Source of the DNA: Amphiscolops sp. MND2022
Taxonomy: Eukaryota
Length of the DNA: 64,000 bases
Reading direction: 5' to 3'
NCBI GenBank assembly: GCA_964187785.1
Contig: OZ076409.1
Span: forward strand, 14,076,001-14,140,000
In this document: positions 23,776-37,600 of the stretch, piece after piece
How the letters are laid out: each line of letters starts with the position of its first letter
Numbering within the stretch: the stretch's first letter is position 1
Notes under the pieces: generated by a model
The model's database searches: none
Told to the model about the DNA's origin: nothing
What the model saw: only the letters and a program-made list of their open reading frames with translations
Program-made: the position numbers and the translations under genes

Positions 23776-24113
23776 TTTTTAGTCGGCGCTATTATTAATA
23801 AAAGAGCCCGACTATTACAGTCACTCGTTTTTTTTCTTTTTTTTTAAAGACAGACTTGAAGCGACGAACGTTAACGTTCAACTAAAGGAAACTAAATACC
23901 AGGGAAACGCATCTAAGTTATTCCAAAGGGTCCCCCCTTTGGTTTTTATCTTTTAAACGTAACCTACAAAACCGGACGGAACTAATTGGTCCCTTTCGAT
24001 TTTTGTTTGGCACTGTGTGACTTTTTCTCTAAATTTTTTTGTCTCCAAAGGCCCCCCTTCGATTTTATTTGAGCCTTAGATATAGCGCCGACTTGAGACG
24101 TTCCCGTCTTGTT
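23776..24113 (+). mobile_element. HINE family 1, copy F, complete (intronic)
   Basis: TTTTTAGTCGGCGCT...GCCCGACTA 5' end; AGCGCCGACT-TG-AGACGTTCCCGTCT-TGTT 3' end. Confidence 0.85.
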
Positions 24114-27100
24114 CATTCATACCGTCACTTAAGGTAAAATTCAACCCGAAAAAAAAACTAAAATCCGCTAAAAACCCGAAATTCGCAGCTGCTCATGTGG
24201 TGAAACGTCGCTCTACTTCCATTAGTTGGGACAAAAAAATTTAGATAGATTTAGATTTTAAAATGAAACAAGTAACTGTCGATCCTAAAAATGCTAGCTT
24301 TCCTGTCCTAGGCAGCCATCATAAAATATCAGTGGAGCAATAAAAGGATGAATCTGAACTTAATATAATGCCTCACTAACACTCGCGAGGATTTTTTTGA
24401 ATATCAAAAATATGAATCGCATTTTCGTAACGTTACTTTAAAAACTGTCATATTATTCTTTTACCATCGTGTATGTTTTGCGCAATGCCAGTGTTCGAAA
24501 GGCGGCTTGGTGGTAGGATTTGAATTGATGGCGCAATCCGCCTACCATTAAGATGATAAGATTGCAATGCTGGTAAAAATAGGCGGGACTGGACGAGGGA
24601 TTGAATTGATCGAGGATTGCGCAACTTGAAACTAATGCGACTTTTGTTCCCTCTGAAGTATCGCTCAGGTACCATCTTCGCGGGAGCATCCCGCCCGCTA
24701 ATGGACGCAATAAGCCCACTAGCTGTGGTAAGATGATACATTATTTGACACATTCCCTAAGCTGTGCATAATACCTGTTGTTTCACTGCAATACTTGTAC
24801 CCTGGAACACATTAGCCCTTTGATCGATGCAACATGAAAAAATCAGGACAGTTTTTCAAGAATCATGCATGTTTTTTTAAAAAAAATTGCTATCATGGCG
24901 GTAAAATACTATTAACACGTTCTGAAGTCTCTGAATACTTGTTTTCTAAGTCGCATATTAATCGCAATTTTTTTCAAATTATAAATTTTAATATATTGAA
25001 AAGCAAATACCATGAAAAGTAACGGTAAAAATATGCATTTTGCGGATGGTTTGATTACGTGTTAAAATGTCTATTTTGAAAATAGTCGGCAATTTCTATT
25101 CGATTTTAATTTGAAGTTGAAAAAATCATTTTCCCTCAAATTCCAACAAGGTTAGAAGATAGTAATTGTCGGATAATGTGTAATGGAAAATGTAAATTAT
25201 AAATGCTTAACTTCTCATCAGTTGAATTTTAATATTTTCCCCATTTCTATCATCTTTTTCCATCTCTATTAGCCTCTTTATTACTCATTCTATTTTAAGC
25301 ATTTGTTTATCCGTCAATATTTCATTCGTCAACTTACCAAAATTGGCAAATTAAGTCCTATGTTTACTGCGTTTGACAAGGATACACGCTGAAGAGAAAT
25401 TAGAAGAATGTATTACTCAGCATACTTGAAAAGATACAGAACTTTGATTCTTCCCAGCCGAGATAAGCGGCTTACATACTGTGCAACATTAACATGCCTG
25501 GGCAGAAGCTAAATGAGTCAATTCTGTGACTTATGGGCTTCAAAATGGGCGCTAAATGAAGAATGATTTGCGCCTGTCAGCTGCAGACATCATTTTGCAT
25601 CATGAAATATGGGCATCGCTGATGCATGCATGTTTCATAGATGTGCCATAAATGAAAAGACGTGCAGTTTTGACATTGTTAAAATTAAGGTTCTCGGTTA
25701 ATAAGGATCATACAACTTTGGATTTTTTACCTTTCTTGTTAAAATGTAGTAAAATGAAATTAATCATGCTTAACATGACATAGCAAAGTCAAAGCTATAC
25801 TTTTAACATCTAACTTTTTATCCAAATCATCGATTTTTAAAAGATGAATAACGTTTAAAATAAATAAATGCCATAGAAGACAGGAAAATGCGAAATTCAG
25901 TCAAGATGCGAAAAGATGTTACTTAGTTTCTTTTCGTACAGAATAACGCCCGTTTTTCAGTTGGTATGCAAGTATACTTTCCTTTGAGTTCATTGGGTCA
26001 ACCCCGGAAAAATGTAGACTTAAGCTTTTCATAATTTATAAGTACGTAGACGGTGCTTGGAGCAATGCAGCATTGTATTGTTGCAGTCATACTAAACCAG
26101 TGAATAACATTTGCCAATTAACAGATTGTTTTTTCCTTCCATTAACGTCTCCCATTATATCCTGCCTTGGAAAATAATGACGAGGAAAAACGCCCAAGGA
26201 TTTTCCTCATAATTCCATCCCATATGAATTAACCGGAAGTCACCGCACCAGAGCGCAATTCTAATTTCAACCACACAATGGTGAAAAATTCTTTTCATAA
26301 AATTGGAATAACTTCATCCGTACATTCAAAGCCTATTGTGTTTTTCATTTACAAGCTTTTCATACTCGAATCTACAACCAGAACAAAAAATAAATTTGCG
26401 TTTTAATCCTTTTAATACCATTCATTCCACAAATTCTTCCAATTTTTTTTTACTGAGAGTTTCACAAACTGTAGCAATTGAGACGATGCGCTGATCAAAA
26501 ATGTATTACACAGCTCTCAACTTTGAATATTATTATTACATAATGTCTCATTGCAGTTTTTGCATTTTTGCAAGTTCATTTCGAATTCGAATCTGCAGAA
26601 AATACTTGGGGAAAATACTCTATTATTCTTGGGAAAAAAAGCAAGGTGCAGTTTTGCTGTGCTGGATTACCCGCCGATTTCCATGACATAAATCTTGAAT
26701 TCACAAGAAAAATGCAAAATAAGCAACTTTGAGATTTTGTTTAAAAGTAAATGCAATGATTTTAAATATTTACTTAAATGGCTTCGTCCATTTTGGCACA
26801 AATGTGAATTGATTAACTTCCGCATTTGACCAAAATCAATTGTAAATCTCACGAAATTCATCAATAATAAATAGCAAACTGAATAAATCTATAAATGATT
26901 CAAGATAACACGCTTGTTTATGTTCATATACGGACATTTTGAGATTGAACGTGCTAGAAGAATAACGGAGTCAATTTTTAAATTGGAAAAAAAAGAAGAA
27001 GCTATATAATTGAAAATGTATGGTAAGCAGTTAATAAGAGATTGATTCTGTGACTCTAGTCTCGACTCTCCGTTTCTAATTATGAAGTGTAAAAATCGAA

Positions 27101-27580
27101 ACGCGTCTATTCAATAAGATTATTTTCAGCCGATCATCAACAAAAAACCAATATATATTTTTTATCAAATTTATCAAGATTAGCTGCAAGTCGATTTGTA
27201 AAAACGTTTGAGGTTTCAGTGAAAAACCAAATCTTTACCATCAGTCAGTAGAAAGATGAAAATACAATGAAAGATTTATCTTTAGATAAAAAACGCGGCA
27301 GTTTTATAGTTGACATATACCCTAAGGTTGCAAGAATCACAAATCTTCCGAACTTTTTGCCAATTTTGTATTTCCTACAAGAATCTTACAAGTTTGCAAG
27401 AGAATCGCAATTTTTGGCAAGATTGGTAAATAGCACTACATTTCTTTCAAGATTTCTGCAAAAATTTTGCAAAATTTGCGTACTTTATGCAAAAATTCTT
27501 CTAAAAAATGCGTTTCTGATTTTTAATTATTTCCACTAAAAATTCGTTCAAATTTCTTCAGAGTTGATCTCGTACCCGTA

Positions 27581-27700
27581 TCTAAAATATCCATAAAGTT
27601 CCGTTTATTCAAGGTCTAAAATATCCAAAAAATCCATTAGTTTTAGATCTAAAATTCCAAAAAATCCGTTATTTCAAGATCTGAAATCACCAAAACATTT
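27581..27700. repeat. Degenerate ~33-bp minisatellite, about 4 units
   Basis: TCTAAAATATCCAAAAAATCCGTTATTTCAAGA-like units in tandem. Confidence 0.7.
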
Positions 27701-27778
27701 CGATGATTCAAAATCTGAACGGTCTAGATATATGTTTCCGAGAAGAATATGTGTATACGTACTGGTGTTTTGTTTCAG

Positions 27779-28025
27779 ATTTACGCAGTTTCCACGATCG
27801 GTGTGATAGTTCTGATCATAATCATAATCTGGATTGTGTTGCTGTTCCGCCTTCGCAACTCGCGCTCTCAGAACAACACGATCAAGGCGCACTACAGCGT
27901 GGTTGCGGGGGAGACCCAGATAAACCACCAGACAGCCGCCGCACATCATGCCAACTATCCAATCATCAACGGAACCCTGGCCCGGAGCCAGAGCCCTGGA
28001 AGTGCTGGCATCGGGTCCCACCAAG
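27779..28025 (+). CDS. Cadherin-superfamily gene, exon d (transmembrane helix and juxtamembrane region)
   Basis: TTTCAG acceptor in phase 0; IYAVSTIGVIVLIIIIIWIVLLF followed by RLR; probable GC donor AAG|GCAAGA in phase 1. Confidence 0.85.
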
Positions 28026-28845
28026 GCAAGAAAAATTGCATTTTTTGTCTTTCGATTTTTTCGCATACCTTAAAAAAATCATTTTTCTACTAGGATTTTG
28101 TTGTTTAATGGACTACCAAGGCACGGCCTATATCTTGTTTCATTATTAGTGTCCAAAAAGACGAATTGTCAAAAAATATTTCGCGTTCCGATATAAATGC
28201 TCGAATCGCGAAATTCAAGACTTAGATAGCGTTTCTTTCGAAAATCGTTCGTCATTTGCAGATAGAATAACAAATAAAAAAAACGGACGTTCTATCGAAA
28301 GATTATCTCCATAAGAAAAATTCAGTGGTCATTTTTGTATAATTGAAAAAAAATACAATATACTGATAATAGTGATAGTTATATGTAGATGAGAAAGGTA
28401 GGAAAGATTGCGTTTCTTTGTATTTTTTTTTCGATTTTGTCGCATTCCTTAAAAAATAATTTTTCATCTAGGATTTCTATTGTTGTATGAAGCAGTGTTC
28501 ATTATGAGTAAAAGTGTCTGAAATTGCCGCCTAAAGAGAAAAACAAGAGGTGAAAATAAATACAACGGAGGAACTTGCATTGAATTACAGGTGGATACGT
28601 TAGTTGGGCAACCGGGTTTTGAATTTCTTAATAAAAATGATCGAAAATTTATATTTTAATATATCTACGTTCATTTTAAATCGTACTATGATTTCGAGAA
28701 ATACGTTCACCATTCTCACTCTAGGAGCAATTACCTTTTAGAGACTTTTTTGATCAAATTTGTGATCAAAATGGAGTTTGTTCCGGAGACTTTTTGAACA
28801 TATGACTTGAAAACTTGACTTTTATGAATGTATCCGTGTGTGCAG

Positions 28846-29016
28846 GTGCTCTCAAACATGCAGAAGGGTCCGACAATCTCTCCTCGGGAAGTACCCCCAG
28901 TCCCGACGACAGGGGAGGCTCCAACATGATCAACATGTCTCAGAGTCAACTGAGCACATTCAGCGAGCGTCTAGGTGCTACCCCCCAGCCACGGTATCCC
29001 GGTTCGGAATACAGAG
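28846..29016 (+). CDS. Cadherin-superfamily gene, exon e (cytoplasmic)
   Basis: TGCAG acceptor, AG|GTGTGT donor, phase 1 to phase 1, GC-rich island; ALKHAEGSDNLSSGSTPSPDD...YPGSEYR. Confidence 0.78.
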
Positions 29017-29125
29017 GTGTGTATACTAATGTTCTATTCTACAGTTTTCTACACTAAGACAAAATCCTAGAATAAAATGAAGTTTCTATTGCTAGCAACT
29101 GTATTCTTCTATAACAAACATAATA

Positions 29126-29280
29126 CAGAATAAACTGCTTAATAGCAAGTCGCTTCGTGACTCTTAAAATCTTCTATTAAAAAATCTTGCTAATGCGTTA
29201 TCATTGGTTCGTTCCTATAGGCGTCTTGCTGATAAACATTAATTGCTATGATGCGAATTGCTATTAAGCAGTTTCTACTG
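29126..29280. mobile_element. pogo/Tc1-mariner-type MITE, 155 bp
   Basis: TA|CAGAATAAACTGCTTAATAGCAAGTCGC ... GCGAATTGCTATTAAGCAGTTTCTACTG|TA. Confidence 0.82.
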
Positions 29281-29536
29281 TAATGTAGTTTTTGATTAAG
29301 TACTTTTTTGAGTTTGTTTGTCAACCACTCCTAGTCTTCTAGACAGTAGATGAACCGAAACTCGTATATGACATTTCCTCCTCTTTCTTCCTCCCAGTTA
29401 AAAAGCCTTTGCATCTGAATTGTTTTCTACCCAAAGTTTCAACATCGGAGAAAGAAAAAGGGACGCCTCAGCCACGCTTTCTTTCAGCTCTAATTTTTTG
29501 CTCAAAAGATACTTTTTCCCCAGAATGCAAGTACAA

Positions 29537-30071
29537 ACAAGACGGGAACGTCTAAAGTCGGCGCTATATCTAAGGCACAAAAAGCGCAAAGTTTTTAAAA
29601 TTCTAAAAGGGGGACCCTTTGGAGACATTTAAAAAAAAATCGAAAAATTTTTGGAAAATTTTTCGGAAAAAAAACGAAACATGGGAATTTTGAAAGTCTC
29701 ATAGTGCCGAAAAACTTGAAAGGGGAGACCCTTTTGGATTTTTGAATATTTAGTTTGCTGCAAAATATCAAAAAAAGTTGAAGGGGAAATCTTTGGCGAC
29801 AAAAAAAATCGAAAAATGTCGCTTAGTGCCGAAAAAATTCAAAGGGGATCCTATAGTCTCGTCCGGTTTTGTATCCTATGTTAAAAAGGAGTAAATGAAA
29901 AGGGACCCTTTTCACTAACTTAGATGCGTTTCCGTTTGCCGGTCCAGTAGTTTAGTAGTTCTGTAAAAAGTGTTCACTACGCATACATTCTGTTATCTGA
30001 CGAAAAAAAAATGAAAAAAACTTGCCTCTGTAATAGTCGGGCTCATTTTGTTAAAATGCGCCGACTAAAAA
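29537..30071 (-). mobile_element. HINE family 1, copy G, complete (intronic)
   Basis: ACAAGACGGGAACGTCT-AAAGTCGGCGCTATATCTAAGG ... TAGTCGGGC...GCGCCGACTAAAAA. Confidence 0.85.
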
Positions 30072-30710
30072 CACATTTACCTTTTTTGAAAAGTTCTACT
30101 TACTTTGCGGTTGACAAGAGATTACAAAGTAACTGACAGAGTGGCAAAAAACTTCACAATCGGAAAATGTGCTTTCAAGTAGCGAGTGTTGGAGGACTTT
30201 GAGACTTTTTTTTAAAATAAAATTTTTATTTCAAATAAATGACCTTGCCAAACTTTAAAGTATTTGTGTTAAAACACAAGTTGAAAAACGCAGCGACGAT
30301 AAACTTGAAATTTTGAAGAAGTTCTTCAAGATTTCAGTTTTGCAACGGCAAGATATCATAACTTTAACACTAATTCAGGAGTTGTAAATTTACTTCCAAC
30401 AAAAGAAACGCATTGGGTCATGTTTCTTGTGAATTTTATTTTGAATCATGAGAATGACCACCAAGACAATCCATTCTTAGTTAAATCAAATCTAGAAACG
30501 GAAAATGCATATACTAAATATGAAATCCAAAAACAGATTCCTTATAGTGTGTCGTCTTATTGTTTATGTGTTTTGTATTTATCTTCCCTGGTAGGTTTTA
30601 TAAATGCAGTTTTGAATTTGTATTACGAAAATGTGGCCCGAAGGAATAGAAGAAAAGAAACTTTTATTGTGAATAAAAGAAAAAAATGATACCTAGTCAA
30701 AGAAGTTTAA

Positions 30711-31255
30711 CCCTAAATGGACAAGGAAATTTCTGGATCCTATCCAAAATTCTAGTACTTCAACCAAAATATCTCCTGAACTAATCAAGTCCGACAAACG
30801 ATTTATAGCTCGTTGGAAAGAAGACAATCAGGGCTTTCGAATTAATTTTTAAACAGCTGGGCTGGGCGGGCCCTCGCGTGCGAAGTCTTTTGCTACACTG
30901 GATCCTGACGTTGCGCCAAAGCTTTGCACGCCTCGTGTCTCAGACCGCTTTTCAGCGTGTTTCAAAACATGCTAGGGCCAGTTTGACCCAATCTTGATAC
31001 TAGTGGGATAAAGTGGTCACAAACGAAAACTGGAAAAACCAAAAATTTGCCGTCAGTTTTTTTTCCGATTTTTTGGTCCCGTGTTCTTGATTTCGGAGAC
31101 ATAGACAAGTCGATAGCCGTGAAAAGGCGTGCAATGCTATGTAATATCGCCTGAAAACCGCCTGCAAGAGTTCTCTTCACCATACGGTCAGCTGGTGCCT
31201 TCAGAAATTTGCAGAAATCAACTGGTACGAATTCGATCCTATCGTCCATTTATGG
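30711..31255. mobile_element. piggyBac-type non-autonomous element, 545 bp
   Basis: TTAA|CCCTAAATGGAC ... GTCCATTTATGG|TTAA: 12-bp TIR with 1 mismatch and TTAA TSD. Confidence 0.8.
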
Positions 31256-31500
31256 TTAAACTGCGCACTTTCAAAAAGGGAGTTTAAAACCTCAATGTTT
31301 TTAGAGTAGTTGACATTGATGTATAAACAAAAACACTGGAACAAAATGTCATGGTTTAATTATTCAAAAGTCATGGTTGTATTTTTGCAGCTATAATGAG
31401 CTTAACATAATGTTTGGCTGGCATTTCGGGTTGAAAATATCTAGGTTCTAACCACATAACTTGGATATATTCATGTACATGTGATGATTATCGTTGCTAG

Positions 31501-31670
31501 GTGCTGCTACTTTGGACAAAAGACATACCAACGCGGTCCAGCAGTCACCCATGATCTACTACCCCCAGCGATCTTGCCACCCGGGAGGAACAATGCCCCC
31601 TCCCCAGCACTTTGCTACCAACTCAGACGGGTTTCAAGGCTACCCCCCGAGCTACCCAATCAGTGAGTGA
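31501..31670 (+). CDS. Cadherin-superfamily gene, exon f (cytoplasmic; terminal, or spliced after 31662)
   Basis: GCTAG acceptor in phase 1; open frame AATLDKRHTNAVQQSPMIYYPQ...GYPPSYPISE*; GC-rich island; a GTGAGT donor at 31663 overlaps the stop. Confidence 0.72.
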
Positions 31671-34454
31671 TTCCAGCTAAAAAAATTTCATCTTTCAATA
31701 ATTCAAATTTCTGTCAGCGTTTTGGGAAAACTCACTGCAACTGATTACGATTGCTTAACTCATTAATTGTTAAAGCATCTTTTGATGAATCTAAATCACT
31801 TTCAAAATAATTATGTTACTTGCTCGATTTTCTATGGAGTTCGACTTGAGTTTTTCATGTTCTGTAGAGCTATTTCTACAGGAAATTTGCTCCACAAAAA
31901 TACATTCCTTTTTGATTAGCAGTTCAGCTACAGCTGAACTTGCTAACGAACGTCACAAAAACCTTGTAAATCTTGAGACCTCTCGTAAACTTGTAGAACA
32001 AAAACCTCTTGAGCTAAGCGATCCATTTGTCCATCACGTAAAACCTTTGAAAAAAAGAAAAATCGGAGCAACATTTCAAACCTTCGGACGTTTTGCTTCT
32101 CGGCCCTGGGCATAAGTGGGTGAAACAATGGATTGGTTTCACCATAAATGGTCTCATAATTGAAAATTTCCAGCCAAACGACATGCAATCGGAGCACATT
32201 CAATTTATCAATAATTTATAAACACAGCATTTCATCCGCAAACCTGAAGGACACTAGTTGTAGGATTTTGTGGGAACTTGTTGTGAAAACGCAGGACTTT
32301 GTTATAAAAATTTCACAAGTTACTTGTGTTGTCGTGTAATTTCAAACGGCGCTAACACGTGCACCATAATCAGGTCTGTGTTGTCTTCTTGCGGCTGAGG
32401 TGGCAGAAATTGAACGGTTGTTAAATTATTAAACGATTGTCAAGGGTTATGTTTTGCTGGACCACGGTCGGAGTTTGTGTTGGACGCTTTGGTGTCCAGT
32501 TCTCTGGATTGCATGGAGCCAAACATGTTTTCACGTGATTTGCAAATATTTTCTCTGGCACCGAACTTCAGACATGCCGGCGCTATCCAAAACTGTTGCG
32601 ACAAATAGCCAGAAATTTGAAGAAGAACCAACCGACTACTGAATTTCGACTATATATTCTCTATGAACCTCATGAAACGCTTTATTGCAGCTATCAATTC
32701 GTGAAGTGTTTTAAAACCAATTTCGTATTCCTAACTTTTTCATGCTTCCCAATTTTCCCCAACTGATAAGAGGTTCATGGAAGCGCCAATATTTGCGCTT
32801 GGTTGCGAGCCGTGTTTGAACTTCTGGTCTTTGGGTAGCCACAAAATTTGTACGGCGCGAGGAAATAGAATTTGCCCTTGTGTGTAGTGGAGTAAATGTC
32901 ACCTCACTAGCTAACGAACTAAATAAGTCGCTAACTGTCCCTTTGAATAAACTTTCCCTCGAACCATTTTTCCCAATGTAACTCTTTCATCTCATTTGCA
33001 GCACGGGATAGCAAGTACGCGCGAGAGCTCTGCCTGGAAATAGCGAAATAAAATGACAAATAACTTGCTTTTGGTAGGTGCAACCGTTTGGTTGCAATTT
33101 TCACTGCTTTTAATGGTGCACGCAAACCTCATACCGCGCGGTGACCCATGTAATTGGCATTTATAAACATAAATTTCACCTATAATTTAGCGCAACTGTC
33201 GCAGCCCAGTGGTAGCATTGAACCTCCTGGCTCGTAATGGTGCTCGCAACATAAAGTTGTAAGACTACAAGCGCCGGCGACAAATTCCGGCCACAAATTC
33301 GCTAACTGCCTGCCTATCTAGCTGCGTTTCAAGGAACTTATTCCTCTGAACTTTCTGCCACTAAACCGGCTGGCTTGGGGTTTTATTGGAGACATTTGGA
33401 AGTAAAATTGAACTCAGAATCAAATCCCGCAGCTTAAGTGCTAAAACATTGACATATTTGTCCGCTCAACGAAATGGGGTTAAGCCATTTATCAATGAAA
33501 TGCAAAGAAGATTTCAAAAACCATGCAACTAGAGACGTGATTCAGCGAGAGAAATACCTTCTAATACTGAAACTTCTCGATAAAGATCACTGCAAGTATT
33601 TAATTTTCATGCCAAGATAAAATAGTTTATTAAAATTGTCAGATCTTTTCCATACCCACGTAATTCGTAGACTTTTGCGCTGATCCGATTTCTTTAAATT
33701 AGTCAAGTCAAATTTTAAAACAATTTTGTTCATACGAAGTTCTTTCCTTCGTTTTACATCTGTGGTTTTCGTAGGAGGATTAAAATTTATTGAGATTTAT
33801 GAAGTTCATGTTCCAGTATGAATAAAAGAACAATTTGTGTTCGTTTTAAAATAATAAACAAGTTACGAGCCAGTGATAACATTTCAATCGATCAGGTACG
33901 CTAGACTTGCTAAAAACGGTTGCATTGCCGATATATGGAACTCATAGTTCTTTCGCTATATGGATAAGACTTTCAACATATTTTTCCAACAACACATAAC
34001 AAACGCAGCCATCCAAATTAGACCATCATGGCTCATTGTTGAAGCTTAAATTTATTTAGTAGCTTTTTTCTATAGCCTTTAATACACAGCTTTCAGATCA
34101 GTTCGAATCATGGATCATTCATGACCCAGTGTAAAAACTCTTGGATTTCTTACCAAGATCTTGGATTTTCTCACAAAATCCTGCTACCTCTTGAATTTTT
34201 TTATAAGATCTTGGAAAGTCTTACTTCTTCCAAAAAATCTTGAATTTCTTGACAAGAATCTTGCCAAGATTCTTATCAAGAAATTCGAGAGGTGAAAATT
34301 TCGATTAGTTCAAAAATTAGTGCGATTTCACAAATTGTTGAATTAGGCATGTTCACAGTAATTTTGGGCCATGTTATGGAAAAATTATGGAAAAATCAAG
34401 AAAATTTACACTTTTGTCAGTAAATTCACGGCAAATTTCAGAGACCAATTGTGA

Positions 34455-34693
34455 GAGAGCAGAATTCAATGATTTTCCAACTTCATCTGCTTCTTTTTGG
34501 ATCTTTCAGGATCAATTTTAGGTCTGAAACATGTACTTTTTGGATCCTTTATACATACCGATTGGATCTTGTTTTCAATCCTTTTGGGTCATTATCTTGC
34601 TCAATTCAGATCTGAAATTGCCATTATGAGAGCAGAATTTAATGATTTTCCTACTTCATCTGCATTTTTTTGGATCTTTCAGGATCAATTTAG
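34455..34693. repeat. ~65-bp direct repeat, two copies ~173 bp apart
   Basis: GAGAGCAGAATT.AATGATTTTCC.ACTTCATCTGC...TTTTTGGATCTTTCAGGATCAATTT at ~34455 and ~34628. Confidence 0.8.
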
Positions 34694-37600
34694 AAAATAT
34701 CAGTGACATGAATCACCAATGAAATCAAGGATACAGTTCCAAAATTAAGCAATGATTCTTGTCATGGCTGGAAACTGACTACGATTTGAATCGCGAGCTG
34801 CTAAATCCATAGTAAATGAGCCAATGATTGATAGCATACCAGGGAAAATATTTTCTCATCTTGAATTTAAAACAAGAAAAGATTTTTATTGTCATTTTTT
34901 TCGTCCTCGGACTAAGAGAGTATCATCTTTTTCCAATGGTTCTTGAAAATGGTACTTCACGACAATTTTTTTGGTTTTTGATTTTTACGTTCACATTTTC
35001 TAAATGTATATCAGTGAAACATATATAATTTTGTTAATTGTAAGCACTGAAATTAGACGGGTTTAAAAATTAGTTAGATTTCGGAAATTAAACACAAATG
35101 AGGTGCTAACTAAAATTAAATGTGTTGAGTGTTAAGTTTTCCGTACCCCGAAATTCTATTCACATACTGGTGCTTTCAACGATGTAAACTCGAGGATTAA
35201 AGAATTGCGGGATTTCAACAAGTCATTACTTTTTCATCTTTTTCCTGTTTTTATCTAATCAGTTCAGCGATGGCTCTTATCAGTAGTCTCTTCTTAGTGA
35301 AAAAAACGACATTACAGCGAGTGGTGTTTTTCGTCGGCGCTTTTTGTGGAAAAAGAGCAGGCAATTACAATGACTTCTTTTTCTTCAACGTAAAAATTCG
35401 CACTTTTTTGTTCGATTGCTCTCGCTCGTCTTCATTGTAAGCCATGTTTTGTTCAGTGTATATTCACAAAAAAAACATTCGAAGTATTATAAAAGTATTT
35501 TAATTTGAAAATTGATTTAGGAACAATGCCGAGGGCTGATTACTGAAATATTTGAGTGTTGGAATTATACCAATTCTCAACGTTTGAAACTTGTGCTCTT
35601 CGAAATAGTTCTTGTGAATTGAACTTAATCTAGAAAAGCATCGATTAGAAACGTAAAGCTTTCCAAATATTGTTAGCTCCAATTAACGTAACAATGCTTC
35701 AAAGCTGTTTTCCCATTGTGTCAACTTTTGAATCAATTAGCCATTCCTTTATATTCTTTTCAGTCATTTGTTTTCCACATTTTGTTGTTACTTTGTTGAT
35801 ACGAACTGCACAAGACTTAGAACGGATGGATTTTTCTCCGACGTTGAGAAAACTTGATTTTTTTTTCAGCAATTTTCAGTTTTCTCAAAACTCTTGACAT
35901 ATAAACCCATTATCGTTACACAATGAGGCCTTGTTCAACAAAACCAGATAAAATGCTGTTTTTAGACGAAATGAAGCGAAGCCATTCGATTTTCAGCAGC
36001 AAATTTAACTTTTCTTCTGTCAAAAAAGTGTGACCTTGACCAACTTTTTCAACTGCGAGCCCTCATTCGTTTTCTATGAGGAGTACGCCTTTCCTTTTTC
36101 TTCGAAGAAAAATCGACACGACTCTGAACTTTTTTTCCAGTGGAAAAGGCTTTGTCGACGAATGTTCCAACAGACTTTTCCCGTAAGAAACTTGATAGGT
36201 TGAATCTGAACACCAGTTTCTAATCAGATGGCCACTATTATCCTCGGAATCATTCAAGCTACTGCCGTGATGGGTTGATAATTTTTCATGGTGCGCTCCC
36301 AAAAACTTTAATTCCGCTAACCGCTAACGTTGCTCCTTGGTGCAAGTTTTGACAGAAAATATTCTTTGATCAAAGGCGACATTTTAGCCAATTTGGTTTC
36401 CTAAGCCTATATCTTCGAGAGTATTTGTGATGCAGTAAAAATTCTTCCTCTGAAAGATACCCGAGGAAATTAATAATGCATGTTCAAGTATTTGAGTGTT
36501 CAACCAGGACAAGCTCCATCATAGTCGTATTTCGTATTCATTTGTGTTTGAAATCTCATTTGCAGACAGTTGGCTACTACTATCTCCGGAACCATTCGCG
36601 GTACTGGCATGATAGGTATTTAGTTTTTTTATGGTGCACTCCAGGAGCCTTCTCGTGGAACCACTTTCGCGAAACCTGCTACTTTAGGTTAGTAATTCTT
36701 TGACAAACATTGTTCCTTGACCGAGAAATATTAACCACTGTAACATTTCAACAAGATTTTTTTGAAATTTTGTAAAAAACAGGTCCATTGGGGTCAATAT
36801 TGTCTATTAATATCCAGCCACGAATGTTATGTTCCGAGACGCTTGTTTAAATTCTATAAAATAATCAGTTTTTCACATGCATTGTTATTACTAGAAACGT
36901 GAATAGTTCTTGGCTCACATTGGTTTAAATTTCGTAATATACTTATTGGTTTTCCTTGTAATCCCCAAGTCGGGAGATCTTTTAATCGTGCTTTCCTCAC
37001 CAGTGAACTACTGACAGATAAAAACAGGACGAACAAAACATTGCCTCATCGAAATTGTACTATTTGTATACAATGTATAAAAAAGTTTTCCTTTTTTCTG
37101 TCAATCATTTCGGTTGAAGCTCATATAACGTGATCACATGTTCAACTAAGGATGGTTTGAACTTTCTGAAAATTCTAGATAGCTTTACCAGTTGTTTCGT
37201 TCTCACTTCTAATGTGTGAAAATTAATTCGCTTGTAAGAAAAGATGCGACATCGGTGGTGTTCGGTGTCGTTTTGAAACGTTTGTTGACAAATATTTCAT
37301 CTGTTGAGAGATCGAATATTTTCATATGCGTTCCGTTTTTTTGTTCACTTATTATATACCGCGTGAATGATTGGCGTCGTTGTCTGTGAATGAATAATAT
37401 CGATGATGGTGTGAGTGGACGCGCTTTGTGTTACGTGTGGTTAAGCATCTGTGGTGTGTCAAAAAGTGAGATCACGCCATCATACCACGTGCACAAAGTG
37501 GTAAGGCCGTTGATTATCAGTGGCTTTTCCGCCGCTGTGTTGGTCTTCGTTTAGGTTTATGTATTCAAATAACACTAACAGTGCCATGTTTGTTGGTCTT

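Noticed and set aside
24446..24750. GC-richer island bounded by TGTCATAT...ATTTGACA, possible solo LTR
   Set aside because: No TSD (AAAAC versus CATTC), no second copy in the window, and its ORFs have no recognisable motifs.
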